Assembly (NCBI GenBank): GCA_963675295.2
Contig: CAXXKJ010000002.1
Span: 512,001-576,000 of the forward strand
Length of the DNA: 64,000 bases
Direction: 5' to 3'
From: a bacterium
GTDB lineage: Bacteria; Electryoneota; Electryoneia; Electryoneales; Electryoneaceae
Each line of letters starts with the position of its first letter. Within the stretch, counting starts at the first letter, position 1. The translations under genes and the position numbers were made by a program. The notes beneath the pieces are model-generated. The model made no database searches, was not told the origin of the DNA, and worked only from the letters and a program-made list of their open reading frames with translations. Shown here piece by piece: positions 19,337 through 28,640 of this stretch.

Positions 19337-20173
19337 GTGAACATTCGCGCTAATCAATCACTCGAGAAGTACCTGCAGGAGATCGGCGAGTACGATCTTC
19401 TGAAGACGCACGAAGAAATCGAGCTTGCCCGCGCGATCCGTGAGGGCAGCAAGGAAGCCTTGGAGAAGTTGACCAAGGCGAACCTTCGTTTCGTCGTCTC
19501 AGTCGCAAAACAATACCAGAACCAGGGTTTGTCGCTCGGCGATTTGATCAACGAGGGCAACCTGGGGCTTATCAAGGCGGCCGAACGTTTCGACGAAACC
19601 CGTGGGTTCAAGTTCATCTCGTACGCGGTGTGGTGGATCCGTCAGTCGATTCTACAGGCGTTGGCCGAGCAGAGTCGTGTGGTGCGTCTTCCGTTGAACC
19701 GTGTCGGCGCATTGAACAAGATCGGCAAGGCATACAGTTCGTTGGAGCAGAAATTCGAACGTGAGCCGAATTCCGATGAAATCGCAAAAGCGCTCGACAT
19801 GACTCCGGCGGAAGTGACCGACACGCTCAAGATGAGTGGCCGTCACCTGTCGATGGATGCGCCGTTCAACCAGGGCGAGGACAATCGTTTGCTGGACATC
19901 CTGCACAACGATCAGGAGCCGCCGCCGGACAGCGCGTTGATGAACGATTCGTTGAAGAAGGAAATCGAGCAGGCGCTGGCGACGTTGAGCCCGCGTGAAG
20001 CGGAAGTGATCCGGTTGTATTTCGGCCTGAACATCGACCAGCCGTTGACGCTGGAAGAGATCGGGGTGAAGTTCAGCCTGACGCGTGAACGTGTCCGTCA
20101 GATCAAGGAGAAGGCGATTCGCCGTCTGCGGCACGCGTCGCGAAGCAAGGCCCTGCGGGCGTACCTGGGGTAG
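19337..20173 (+). CDS. rpoD: RNA polymerase sigma factor, RpoD/SigA family (short FCB/Bacteroidota type lacking region 1.1)
   Basis: [49 protein letters not shown] and [20 protein letters not shown] start after GAGGAG. Confidence 0.92.
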   Translation: MNIRANQSLEKYLQEIGEYDLLKTHEEIELARAIREGSKEALEKLTKANLRFVVSVAKQYQNQGLSLGDLINEGNLGLIKAAERFDETRGFKFISYAVWWIRQSILQALAEQSRVVRLPLNRVGALNKIGKAYSSLEQKFEREPNSDEIAKALDMTPAEVTDTLKMSGRHLSMDAPFNQGEDNRLLDILHNDQEPPPDSALMNDSLKKEIEQALATLSPREAEVIRLYFGLNIDQPLTLEEIGVKFSLTRERVRQIKEKAIRRLRHASRSKALRAYLG

Positions 20174-20205
20174 CCTTCAAGACAACGGAAATGATGTGCA
20201 ATTCG

Positions 20206-20233
20206 AGGCCTGGACGCGAGTTCAGGCTTTTTT
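20206..20233 (+). terminator. Rho-independent terminator of rpoD
   Basis: GCCTGGAC-GCGA-GTTCAGGC followed by T6. Confidence 0.8.
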
Positions 20234-20291
20234 GTGTCCGTTCCGGCCAACCGACCATGTTGAGCGGTTGGGTCAGGTTCGATGACCAACA

Positions 20292-20447
20292 GCGCGTAAA
20301 TCTGCACCGCAACTGCGCGTAAATCTGCAATTGAATTGCGCGTAAATCTGCAATTGAATTGCGCGTTTATCTGCACTGCGACTGCGCGTAAATCCGCACT
20401 GCAAGGTTGCGTAAATCTGCATTCGGAGTGCATATTTACGCGCAGTT
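20292..20447. repeat. Six tandem 23-bp units (core GCGCGTAAATCTGCA) plus one inverted unit
   Basis: Units start at 20292, 20315, 20338, 20361, 20384 and 20407. The inverted copy TGCATATTTACGCGCAGTT is at 20429-20447. Confidence 0.95.
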
Positions 20448-20499
20448 CCTGTAACTATTAATTATTTATTGCTATAGAAGGTTGGGTCTAAGCCGGGAA

Positions 20500-21279
20500 A
20501 TGGAGGAACAGTTGGCTTCAGGGCAACGATGGTCTCGTGAAGAGGTACTTGTCGCATTTCGGTTGTACTGTCATACTCCGTTTGGGAAATTACACCAGCG
20601 CAATCTACAAATCATCGATTTAGCCCGGCTTATCAGCCGGACGCCGTCAGCGTTGGCAATGAAGGCATGTAATTTTGCGAGTTTTGATCCGGTTCACCGT
20701 GAACGCAATGTAAAGGGGCTTGCCAATGCATCCGCGGGAGATCGTGAGGTTTGGGACGACTTCATCAAACAACCTGATCAAGTCGCCGTCGAGGCAGAGG
20801 TAGCGCAGGCGCAATTTGCGAAGGATCAGCACGAAGACGTAGCAAAACCGTTCCGTATACCTGAAGGACCAAGTGAAGTTGATCGCACAATTCAACAGCG
20901 AAGATTGCAGTCGTTCTTCCGGAAAGCAGTTCTGGCTAGCTATGAATACCGTTGCGCGCTGACAGGCATGACAATACAAGTGCTTTTGAACGCTAGCCAT
21001 ATCATTCCCTGGAGTGAAAGTCAGGCGCGGCGTGCGGACCCCAGCAATGGAATCTTGCTTAACGCGCTTCACGACCGGGCATTTGACCGTGGCTTAATCA
21101 CATTTGATGACTCAAATCAGGTCGTTGTCTCAAATCGGCTTCGCACGAAAACTGCTTCAACGTTCCAAGTGAAAACGCTGCTCGATTTCGAAGGCGCACC
21201 ACTAACACGGCCTCACCGTTTTGCTCCCGATCCCGAAGCCATGGCATACCACCGGGCCCATGTCTTTCTCGCGGACTAG
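20500..21279 (+). CDS. HNH endonuclease (HNH_2/COG3440-like putative restriction endonuclease with an N-terminal helical DNA-binding domain)
   Basis: WSREE..AF.LYC..PFGKLH and RTPSALAMKACNFASFDP at the N-terminus; CALTG..LNASHIIPWS..NGILLNALHDRAFDRG. Start is ATG 20500 or TTG 20512 (after GGAGG). Confidence 0.88.
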   Translation: MEEQLASGQRWSREEVLVAFRLYCHTPFGKLHQRNLQIIDLARLISRTPSALAMKACNFASFDPVHRERNVKGLANASAGDREVWDDFIKQPDQVAVEAEVAQAQFAKDQHEDVAKPFRIPEGPSEVDRTIQQRRLQSFFRKAVLASYEYRCALTGMTIQVLLNASHIIPWSESQARRADPSNGILLNALHDRAFDRGLITFDDSNQVVVSNRLRTKTASTFQVKTLLDFEGAPLTRPHRFAPDPEAMAYHRAHVFLAD

Positions 21280-21592
21280 GCCGATTTCGCCGCTGATAAC
21301 AATACACTAACAAAACACCGCCCGCCCGCACGTTGCCCCCTCCACAACTCCGGGATGGAGCATTGAGCGGATTGCAACCTGTTACAATTCCCCAAGTTCG
21401 TGAAACCGGCACAATCCCACGCGGTGATGGATCATGCCGCACACCACTGGCATTTCCGTTTGCACGCTTGTACGTTTCATCACATGATAGCCGAACATTG
21501 AAGACCATTTTTCACAGACAGCGGGGGGAGTTCGCTGTCTGTATTTCGTTGTGTGACTAAAACACTGGTTTCGAGAGACGAGGGGAAAAACG

Positions 21593-23287
21593 ATGAAGTC
21601 GAAATGGTGGTTGTTGACGGCGTTGTTATTGGCGTTGTCGCTGGTGCTGGTTGGGTGCGGCAGTGACGATGACGATGACAATGGCACAAATCCGGTCGAA
21701 CCGAATGATAAGGAAGCGGCGGATTTGAAGGTGGACGAAGCCAATGACATGTTGGCGGATATCATGTTCGACCTGGTGAACAACAATCCGGAGCAGCCGT
21801 CCGATGTGGACATGACGGAAGCGTACGAGCTGTATGAAGATGCCGTGCTGGCGGACGCTGACCATGCGGTGGGCAACTTCGGCATGGGGATGCTGGAAGT
21901 GGTGATGCTGACGGGTGACGACGAAACGCTGGACTTTTTCGACACGATGTCGGACTATTTCGAGGGGGACGCGTGGTTCCTCGAGGAAGACGGCGGTCCG
22001 GGGGCAGCGTTTGCGAATCCGGGTGCGTTGGGCAAGAATAGTGTGGCGATGCCGTTGACCGCGCCGGTGGCGATGATGGGCAACATGACCCGTTTCAATG
22101 CTGAGTACGGGTACCAGATCGGGGACATGCAGCAGTTTGTTCGTGACATGTTGATCCCGAAGGTGCAGCAGGCGATCGGTCATCTGGAGATTGTGCTGCG
22201 GGATGAAACGTTCACGTTCGTGGTGACGCCGGAGATGCAGGGCGACCCGGGCGAGGACGCGGTCGAGCTCGACCTGACGGAAGTTTACGCGGTTCTGGTG
22301 GCGATGAATTCGCTGGAAGCGTTGCTGCAGCAGTTTGTCGCGTACGATTGGGACATGGGACAGTATTCCGGTGATGACATGCTGGACGCGTTCACGCAAA
22401 GCTCCAGCTTCGGCGCGTTGACGGCGGACGGTGCCAACCGGATGAAGAAGGCGTTGGCGTGCTGGATTGCCGCCGGGGAAAATATCAGCAACGGCTTGGC
22501 GTTCCTCGAGGGTGAAACCGATCCGCAGCAGGATGATTTAATCCGGATCGACCCGTACGATGGCATCACCGAAGCGGAAGTTGACAGTGTGCGTCACTAC
22601 CTGACACAGATCATGGCGGCGATGACCGGTTCGACGACGATTGAGATTGTCGACGCTGACAACCAGCCGTACGATCTGGAAGTGTCGCTCTACAACTACT
22701 TCAACACACCGGTGCAGAATTTGAAGGCGCTGGTGCCGGAGTACACGGTCGCGGTGAAGCTCGACCCGGCGGGCTGGCCGATGTGGGATGACATGACCGA
22801 GGTGGCGAATGAATACCGGACGGTGACGATTACGGTTCCGTCGGCCGGCTATTACAGCTGGTACCGGAGTGGAAATTATTTCCGTGGCGAGGCGGAGTAC
22901 GAGTACGGCAGCTACACTGTTTATTCCCAGGTAATGGAGGATTTTTACGCGGGTATTGTCGCTGAGTACGAGGAATACGATTTCGCCGACATCTATGTCG
23001 ATTTCAGCCAGACGTTGCAGGCGGGGCAGCATGACGTCGAGGTTTGGGTGAATATTTATGTCGCGGACGTGCCGTATCGTTATGTTCCCGTGTTCACGTG
23101 GGTGGTGGACAGCGGCGAGGACTGGATTCTGCCGAATCCGACAGTCGGCGGTCTGTTCCCGGGCATGACCGATGCCGAGATCAAGGATCTGCTCGGTTGG
23201 ACACCGGACTACTGGAGCAAGAGCGAAACGTGGCACATCTGGGGCAACTGGTACTTCCCGATTCTGTGGGAACTCGGCGGTTTTTAA
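21593..23287 (+). CDS. Large acidic hypothetical lipoprotein
   Basis: Lipobox LVGC followed by GSDDDDD; long ORF with host-like codon usage. Confidence 0.8.
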   Translation: MKSKWWLLTALLLALSLVLVGCGSDDDDDNGTNPVEPNDKEAADLKVDEANDMLADIMFDLVNNNPEQPSDVDMTEAYELYEDAVLADADHAVGNFGMGMLEVVMLTGDDETLDFFDTMSDYFEGDAWFLEEDGGPGAAFANPGALGKNSVAMPLTAPVAMMGNMTRFNAEYGYQIGDMQQFVRDMLIPKVQQAIGHLEIVLRDETFTFVVTPEMQGDPGEDAVELDLTEVYAVLVAMNSLEALLQQFVAYDWDMGQYSGDDMLDAFTQSSSFGALTADGANRMKKALACWIAAGENISNGLAFLEGETDPQQDDLIRIDPYDGITEAEVDSVRHYLTQIMAAMTGSTTIEIVDADNQPYDLEVSLYNYFNTPVQNLKALVPEYTVAVKLDPAGWPMWDDMTEVANEYRTVTITVPSAGYYSWYRSGNYFRGEAEYEYGSYTVYSQVMEDFYAGIVAEYEEYDFADIYVDFSQTLQAGQHDVEVWVNIYVADVPYRYVPVFTWVVDSGEDWILPNPTVGGLFPGMTDAEIKDLLGWTPDYWSKSETWHIWGNWYFPILWELGGF

Positions 23288-24777
23288 TGCTTCGCTACGG
23301 TTGCATCAGACAGCTTATTCTGGCGTGGGCGGCGATAGTTCTGCTGCCCACGCTTTCTGTCTTCGCCCAGGACGGAATAACGGCGTTCCTGTTCGGCCTG
23401 CGAACTGAGACAGTGGGGTACGGTGGCGATGTCAGCGCGCTGGAACCGGCGGGGTATATCGCGGCGGATGCGCGCGGCGAACCGTTCACCACGATCGACC
23501 TCGGCGGCTCATACTCGGATCTCTACCGGCCCGGGGGGATGGAGGGGCCGGGATCGTCGTGGCTACGTGACGCTGGGCTCACGGTGACCCATCAGCGCCG
23601 GGACTGGCTCGACTGGTCGCTGGGCATGCGGGTGCGGACGACGGCGGGTGCGTCGGACGTGAATCTGGACGATCAGACGTCGATCCGCGGCCAGACGTCC
23701 CGAACCGGGGCGGCGGCGGTGTTGCGTGGGCGGAAGGCGTGGCTGGCCGGATACGCGGATGTCGGTTGGAGGGACCAGGGCCGGCCGGAGTCGGCGTTCG
23801 GACTGCGGGCGGACCCGTTGCGGTGGGTTTCGGCGGCGGTGAGCTGGCAGCGGCGTGCGCAGGATCTGGATGTGCTCGGGGTTCATGGTGGCGATCAGCT
23901 CGATCTGACCGTGGACGCCGCGACGGAGACCGTGGAAGGCTGGCTGCGGGTAGACCCGTGGCCGTGGATCGGGGTCGAAGCCAGCGTCGCGCGACGGTTG
24001 TGGATCGCCGGGAACACTCAGGGGTTAACACCGACACTGTTGCCGTGGGGGGACGATCTACGCAGCGCGGGGTTTGTCCGGGCGACATGGCGAGGGATGC
24101 GGTTGTCGCTCGGTGCGCGGTGGTTCGACGCCGGGTTGCAGGCGTACGGCCGCAAGGGCGAGTACAACTTTGCCAAGCTGACGAAGGCGGATCTGGGCGT
24201 GGACTCGCGTGTGGTGCAGCTCAAGGTGCCGCTAGGTGAGCAAGACGAGTTTGTCGTCGCGACCGGCGAGTGGGGTTGGATTGACGGCGCGGTGCGTGGC
24301 CACACGGAGTTCTGGCCGTGGACCTCTGGTTGGATCGACTACCTCGGGTTACGGCGGTATGGGCGTGGTGAATTTGGCGCACAGTTCACCCGTCTCCACG
24401 CCGGCTGGCAGCAACCGGTCAGCGAACGGGTCATAGTGCAGGCCGGGGTTCAGACGGTGGCGTTGACATTCGATCGGACCGGCGAATTCGAACACTGGCG
24501 GCCGGCGGTGCTGATCTTCGGGAAGGAAGATGTGCAGCTGGCGACGATGAAGCTGCGGCAGGTGACTGTTGCGCAGCTCAACCTCGGCGTGGTGTATCAG
24601 GGAAATGGCTGGTCGCTGGCGTACGCGTTCTCGCAGCTGCTTCCGGTATCGTCGGCGGAATGGCGTGAGGCGGGTGAGGGGGAACCGTCCGACCCGTCCA
24701 CGGGCGGCGGTGGAGGCCGTGTCAGCGAGTATGGCGGCGCGACGCATGTGCTGCGGGTGACTGTGGTATTGGACTAG
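23287..24777 (+). CDS. Hypothetical outer-membrane beta-barrel-like protein
   Basis: ATG overlaps the upstream TAA (TAATG). Signal peptide ends VFA-Q, followed by alternating amphipathic, aromatic/Gly-rich strands. Confidence 0.65.
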   Translation: MLRYGCIRQLILAWAAIVLLPTLSVFAQDGITAFLFGLRTETVGYGGDVSALEPAGYIAADARGEPFTTIDLGGSYSDLYRPGGMEGPGSSWLRDAGLTVTHQRRDWLDWSLGMRVRTTAGASDVNLDDQTSIRGQTSRTGAAAVLRGRKAWLAGYADVGWRDQGRPESAFGLRADPLRWVSAAVSWQRRAQDLDVLGVHGGDQLDLTVDAATETVEGWLRVDPWPWIGVEASVARRLWIAGNTQGLTPTLLPWGDDLRSAGFVRATWRGMRLSLGARWFDAGLQAYGRKGEYNFAKLTKADLGVDSRVVQLKVPLGEQDEFVVATGEWGWIDGAVRGHTEFWPWTSGWIDYLGLRRYGRGEFGAQFTRLHAGWQQPVSERVIVQAGVQTVALTFDRTGEFEHWRPAVLIFGKEDVQLATMKLRQVTVAQLNLGVVYQGNGWSLAYAFSQLLPVSSAEWREAGEGEPSDPSTGGGGGRVSEYGGATHVLRVTVVLD

Positions 24778-25000
24778 CGGATAGCCTCAAGTTAGGAGGG
24801 CCAAAAACTGACATTCATATTGTTGTATAAACAACAGTTTATCCCGCGTTATTAGTTGTAGAGTTAGTATGATAAGTATTTGGAGTTTGTGGGTTGATTT
24901 TCCCTAGCTGACACTCTAGCTTAATTATCAAGTGTATTTGGGAGTATTCGTGTTACGGCGGATACTGGGTCTGGTCACACCGTTTCAACAGGGAGTCAAT

Positions 25001-25471
25001 ATGGCCGTCTGTTCATCTTGCAGCGCTGAGGTCGCACCGGGTGTCCGCTGGTGTACGGTTTGCCACACGAACGTGCAGGCGCCGGAAGTCGGGAAGCTGG
25101 CGTCCCCGGCCAAGCGTCTGATCGCGTTCATCCTTGACCTCATCATTCCGGTGATTGCGTTGTCGATGCTGATCGGCATGAGCGAGTCGAGCACTTTCAT
25201 GTCAATCCTCGGGACGCTGCTGTATCTGGCTTACATCGTGGGTGCGATTTACCTGTTCCTGCGTGGGACAACCCCGGGCAAGCGTGTGATGGGAATGTTT
25301 GTCGTGAAGGAAAACGGCAAGCGAGCCGGTCTGCTGACCATGCTGCTGCGTGAAACGGTTGGCAAGTGGCTGTCTGGCCTGGTCATGTCGCTTGGCTGGA
25401 TCTGGATCCTGATTGACAAGGAAAACCAGGGCTGGCACGACAAGCTGGCGAGCACTTACGTCGTCGGCTAG
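25001..25471 (+). CDS. RDD family membrane protein with N-terminal zinc ribbon
   Basis: CSSC..CTVC, KRLIAFILD, TPGKRVMG and QGWHDKLASTYVV. Confidence 0.88.
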   Translation: MAVCSSCSAEVAPGVRWCTVCHTNVQAPEVGKLASPAKRLIAFILDLIIPVIALSMLIGMSESSTFMSILGTLLYLAYIVGAIYLFLRGTTPGKRVMGMFVVKENGKRAGLLTMLLRETVGKWLSGLVMSLGWIWILIDKENQGWHDKLASTYVVG

Positions 25472-25505
25472 CAGCGTCAGTCAGAAAGATTGTGGTTGCA
25501 GGAAC

Positions 25506-25535
25506 GCTCGGACACGACTTGTCCGGGCTTTTTTT
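25506..25535 (+). terminator. Rho-independent terminator
   Basis: GCTCGGACA-loop-TGTCCGGGC followed by T7. Confidence 0.8.
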
Positions 25536-25568
25536 ATTGGGGCAAAGATGAGAAACCTTGCGAGTGTG

Positions 25569-25651
25569 GATCATCCCAGACATGAATGTCTGGGGCATGG
25601 ATGTCGTGCGTCCTTGAACGGTAGATGATCCCGGGCTGAAGCCCGAGGGCA
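25569..25651. repeat. REP-like hairpin doublet (family A)
   Basis: CCCAGACATGAATGTCTGGGGCA and CCCGGGCTGAAGCCCGAGGGCA. Confidence 0.85.
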
Positions 25652-25682
25652 GGAACGTTTACAGGAAAGCGGTCGGGATGAA

Positions 25683-26723
25683 TTACAGGATCGCGGCGTC
25701 GAGGATTGCGGCGGTGAACAGCGCGAGCAGGTAGAAGATGGAGCGGATGAAAACAGTACGTGCGACCATCGGCGTGTTCTCGCGGACACCCTTGATCACC
25801 GACAGCAGGAAGTAGACGCCGAGCCCAATTGCGGCGGCACCGTAAATCCAACCGAGACCGAACCACAGCAGCGACAGGCTGGTCGCAAGCGTGACGATCG
25901 TGTACACGAGATTGCGTGTCCAAGTCGCCTTGTCACCCACCACCACCGGCATCATCGGGTAGTTGACCGCCTTGTAGTCATGCTTCATGTAAATCGCCAA
26001 AGACCAGAAATGCGGCGGAGTCCAGAAGAAAATGATCGCCAGCATCAGCAGCGGTGCAACCGCCACCTGGCCCGCGCCGGCGGTCCATGCGATCAGCGGT
26101 CCCATCGCGCCGGCGATCCCGCCGATGACGATGTTTTCCGGGGTGCGCGGCTTGAGGTACAGCGTGTAGAACAGGGCGTAGAAGAGGATCGTCCACAATG
26201 ACAGCAGTGCGGTCAACGGGTTGAACACGAACCAGAAGGCGACGGTGGAAATGATGCCGTTCAGCGCGGCAAACGTGAACGCTTCCCACGGCGCAATCTT
26301 GCCGCTGGGGAGCGGACGTTTCACCCGGGTGCGGGTCATCACGGCGTCGACATTGCGTTCGAAGAACTGGTTGAACGCGTTCGCCGAACCCGCCGCCATG
26401 CCGAGCAGCACCAGCGACAGCGCTAACAGGAGCGGGCTGGACAACAGCGATCCCTCGAGCACCGCACCCGCCGCGCCGGTGAGCACGACCAGCAGAACGA
26501 TGGTCGGCTTCGTCAGGGCATTGTAGGCCTGGATACGGTCACGCAGCCAGATCAGGGGGCTCACATCGTCCGCAGTGACAACGTTGGCGCTCTGGCTGTT
26601 TGGGGATGGGATCACAGTCGTTTTTCCGCTCGTGCAGCCGTGTTGCGGCTGGATTTTTCGTGTTGCGCGTACTTCGTCAGGCGTTGGCTGATGCGAAGTT
26701 TCGCGTATTGTTTGGATGCGCAA
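25683..26723 (-). CDS. cyoE: Heme o synthase (protoheme IX farnesyltransferase)
   Basis: LTKP, NQFFERNVDAVMTRTRVKRPLPSG, YTLYLKPRT, IGGIAGA and FFWTPPHFW. The true start is probably downstream of 26723. Confidence 0.93.
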   Translation of the reverse strand: MRIQTIRETSHQPTPDEVRATRKIQPQHGCTSGKTTVIPSPNSQSANVVTADDVSPLIWLRDRIQAYNALTKPTIVLLVVLTGAAGAVLEGSLLSSPLLLALSLVLLGMAAGSANAFNQFFERNVDAVMTRTRVKRPLPSGKIAPWEAFTFAALNGIISTVAFWFVFNPLTALLSLWTILFYALFYTLYLKPRTPENIVIGGIAGAMGPLIAWTAGAGQVAVAPLLMLAIIFFWTPPHFWSLAIYMKHDYKAVNYPMMPVVVGDKATWTRNLVYTIVTLATSLSLLWFGLGWIYGAAAIGLGVYFLLSVIKGVRENTPMVARTVFIRSIFYLLALFTAAILDAAIL

Positions 26724-26943
26724 AGTTAGGCAAAGTTAACTCGCGATGCACGCCTCGGGGAGACGAGTGTGGGGAGGGGAGAGCAGGGGGGATTGCAAAC
26801 ACAGAAGGCGCGTCAAAAAATCTGGAGATTCTTTGACGGTCGGGATGGAGTCACCGGGGACACCTTGGCGACAAAGTGTTTCCAGTGTCGCCGTGGTTTG
26901 ATTTTACCTCATCACTCGCGACTCATCACTCACAGCCAGGGCA

Positions 26944-28179
26944 CTACCCTTCCCGTTCGGCGCGACCGTTGGCGACGGCGACGGCGTCATCGTCCTGGCC
27001 GAGGAAGCCGAGTTCAGTGCCAACCTTAATCAGCTTCTCGACAGCGAAATCGAGGTGCGATTCTTCGAGCGTGGACATCAGCGAGAGGCGGATCAGGGCG
27101 TCCTCGGGCGCGACAGCTGGAGCGACGACCGGGTTGACGAACACGCCTTCTTCCTGCAGCATCATGCAGGCTTTGAACACTGTCATCGGGTCGCGGACAT
27201 AGACCGGGATGATCGGGGTGCCGTGTTCCTGGATCGAGAAGCCGGCCTGTTGCAGGGCGTTGACGAGGTATTTCGTCAGTTCGTGCAGCCGGGTGATGCG
27301 TTCCGGTTCACGCCGGATGATTTCGATCGCCTTGATCACCGCGGCCATGTTCGCCGGCGGCGGGGAGGCGGAAAAGATCAGCGGGCGGGACTTGTGTTTC
27401 AGGTAGTGAACAACATCTTCCGGCCCGGAGAAGAAGCCGCCGATGCTGGCGAAGGATTTGGAGAAAGTACCAACGGTGCCGATGATGGCGTCGTCGAGGC
27501 CGAAGTGGGACGCGGTCCCGCGTCCGTTGTCCCCGAGCACGCCGATGGAGTGGGCGTCGTCCACGAGCACGTCCGCGTCGTATTTCTGTCCCAGTTCGAC
27601 GAGGTCGGGCAACGGCGCGATGTCGCCTTCCATGGAGAAGATGCCGTCCACGACAATCAGCTTGAACGGTGCGTCGTTCAGCTTGAGTTTTTTCTCGAGG
27701 TCGGTCATGTCGCCGTGCATGAACTTGACGACTTTGCCGAACCCGAGCCGGGCAGCGTCAATGATGCTGGCGTGGTTGGCGCGGTCGATGAACAGCGCGC
27801 CTTCGCGGGGCACGAGGTACGGAATCGAGCCCTGGTTGGTCATGAAGCCGGTGGAGAAGACGATCGCGGCTTCGGTGCCCATGAAATCGGCGAGGGTTGC
27901 TTCGCACTCTTCGTGGATCGCGAGGGTGCCGTTGAGGAACCGTGAGCCTGCGCAGCCGGTGCCGTACCGTTCGATGGCGTCCTTCGCGGCCTGTTTGACT
28001 TCCGGGTGGTTGGTCAGGCCGAGGTAATTGTTGGAGCCCATCATCACGACCTCGCGGCCGTTCATGATGACGGTGACGCCTTGTTCGCTGTCGATGGGTC
28101 GGAAATACGGGTAGACGCCGGCTTCCATAACGCGTTTGGCGTCTTGAAACTCACGGGCCTTCTCTCGAATTCGGTTCAT
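26944..28179 (-). CDS. spt: Alpha-oxoamine synthase, serine palmitoyltransferase-like
   Basis: YPYFRPI, GSNNYLGLT, YGTGCAGSRFLNGTL, NHASIID, DGIFSMEGD, DDAH and PLP-Lys motif GTFSKS. BioF/Kbl are the alternative family members. Confidence 0.72.
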   Translation of the reverse strand: MNRIREKAREFQDAKRVMEAGVYPYFRPIDSEQGVTVIMNGREVVMMGSNNYLGLTNHPEVKQAAKDAIERYGTGCAGSRFLNGTLAIHEECEATLADFMGTEAAIVFSTGFMTNQGSIPYLVPREGALFIDRANHASIIDAARLGFGKVVKFMHGDMTDLEKKLKLNDAPFKLIVVDGIFSMEGDIAPLPDLVELGQKYDADVLVDDAHSIGVLGDNGRGTASHFGLDDAIIGTVGTFSKSFASIGGFFSGPEDVVHYLKHKSRPLIFSASPPPANMAAVIKAIEIIRREPERITRLHELTKYLVNALQQAGFSIQEHGTPIIPVYVRDPMTVFKACMMLQEEGVFVNPVVAPAVAPEDALIRLSLMSTLEESHLDFAVEKLIKVGTELGFLGQDDDAVAVANGRAEREG

Positions 28180-28352
28180 CGGCGCTTCGCAGTAAGTCTC
28201 CGGAACGCCGGACAGTTTGTCCGGACGAAGTTGCCTTCAGTATGGTGCAGTTTTGAGGGTATTCGCAACTCTGACCGGTGGGGAACCAGCACCTCACAGG
28301 GAAACCGGTAAAGGAGAACGGAACGGGATCGAAGTCAGGTGGATGACCGGCG

Positions 28353-28607
28353 GATTATCCCGACCAGCAAGCTGGTCGGGGCAGACAACGCCCGGCAACG
28401 GGGTTGCCGGGTTACGTGTTCGTTACCTGTGATCAACCCAGACATGAATGTCTGGGGCAGGTGAGCGTCGGACGATTATCCACGACATGAATGTCGTGGG
28501 CATGTTTTGATTCTAACTGTGGATAGCGGACTGCGGTCGGTGGTCGGCGGGTGCCGGAATGAGATAAACAAACCGGGGACACTTGACGGAGCAAGTGTCC
28601 CCGGTTT
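28353..28607. repeat. Cluster of REP-like hairpins (families A, B, C) between proS and spt
   Basis: CCCGACCAGCAAGCTGGTCGGGGCA (28359), CCCGGCAAC..GTTGCCGGG (28391), CCCAGACATGAATGTCTGGGGCA (28437), CCACGACATGAATGTCGTGGGCA (28480), and AAACCGGGGACACTTG..CAAGTGTCCCCGGTTT (28570-28607; likely proS terminator). Confidence 0.85.
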
Positions 28608-28640
28608 TCTGTGCTCACACCTCACACCTCACACATCACA

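Noticed and set aside
20098-20433. 111-aa minus-strand ORF with an internal repeat (ADLRAVAVQI)
   Set aside because: It is a by-product of the 23-bp DNA period and overlaps rpoD and its terminator.
20292-20447. CRISPR array interpretation of the 23-bp repeats
   Set aside because: The variable parts are only 8 bp and partly identical, the core is 15 bp, and no cas genes are in the window.
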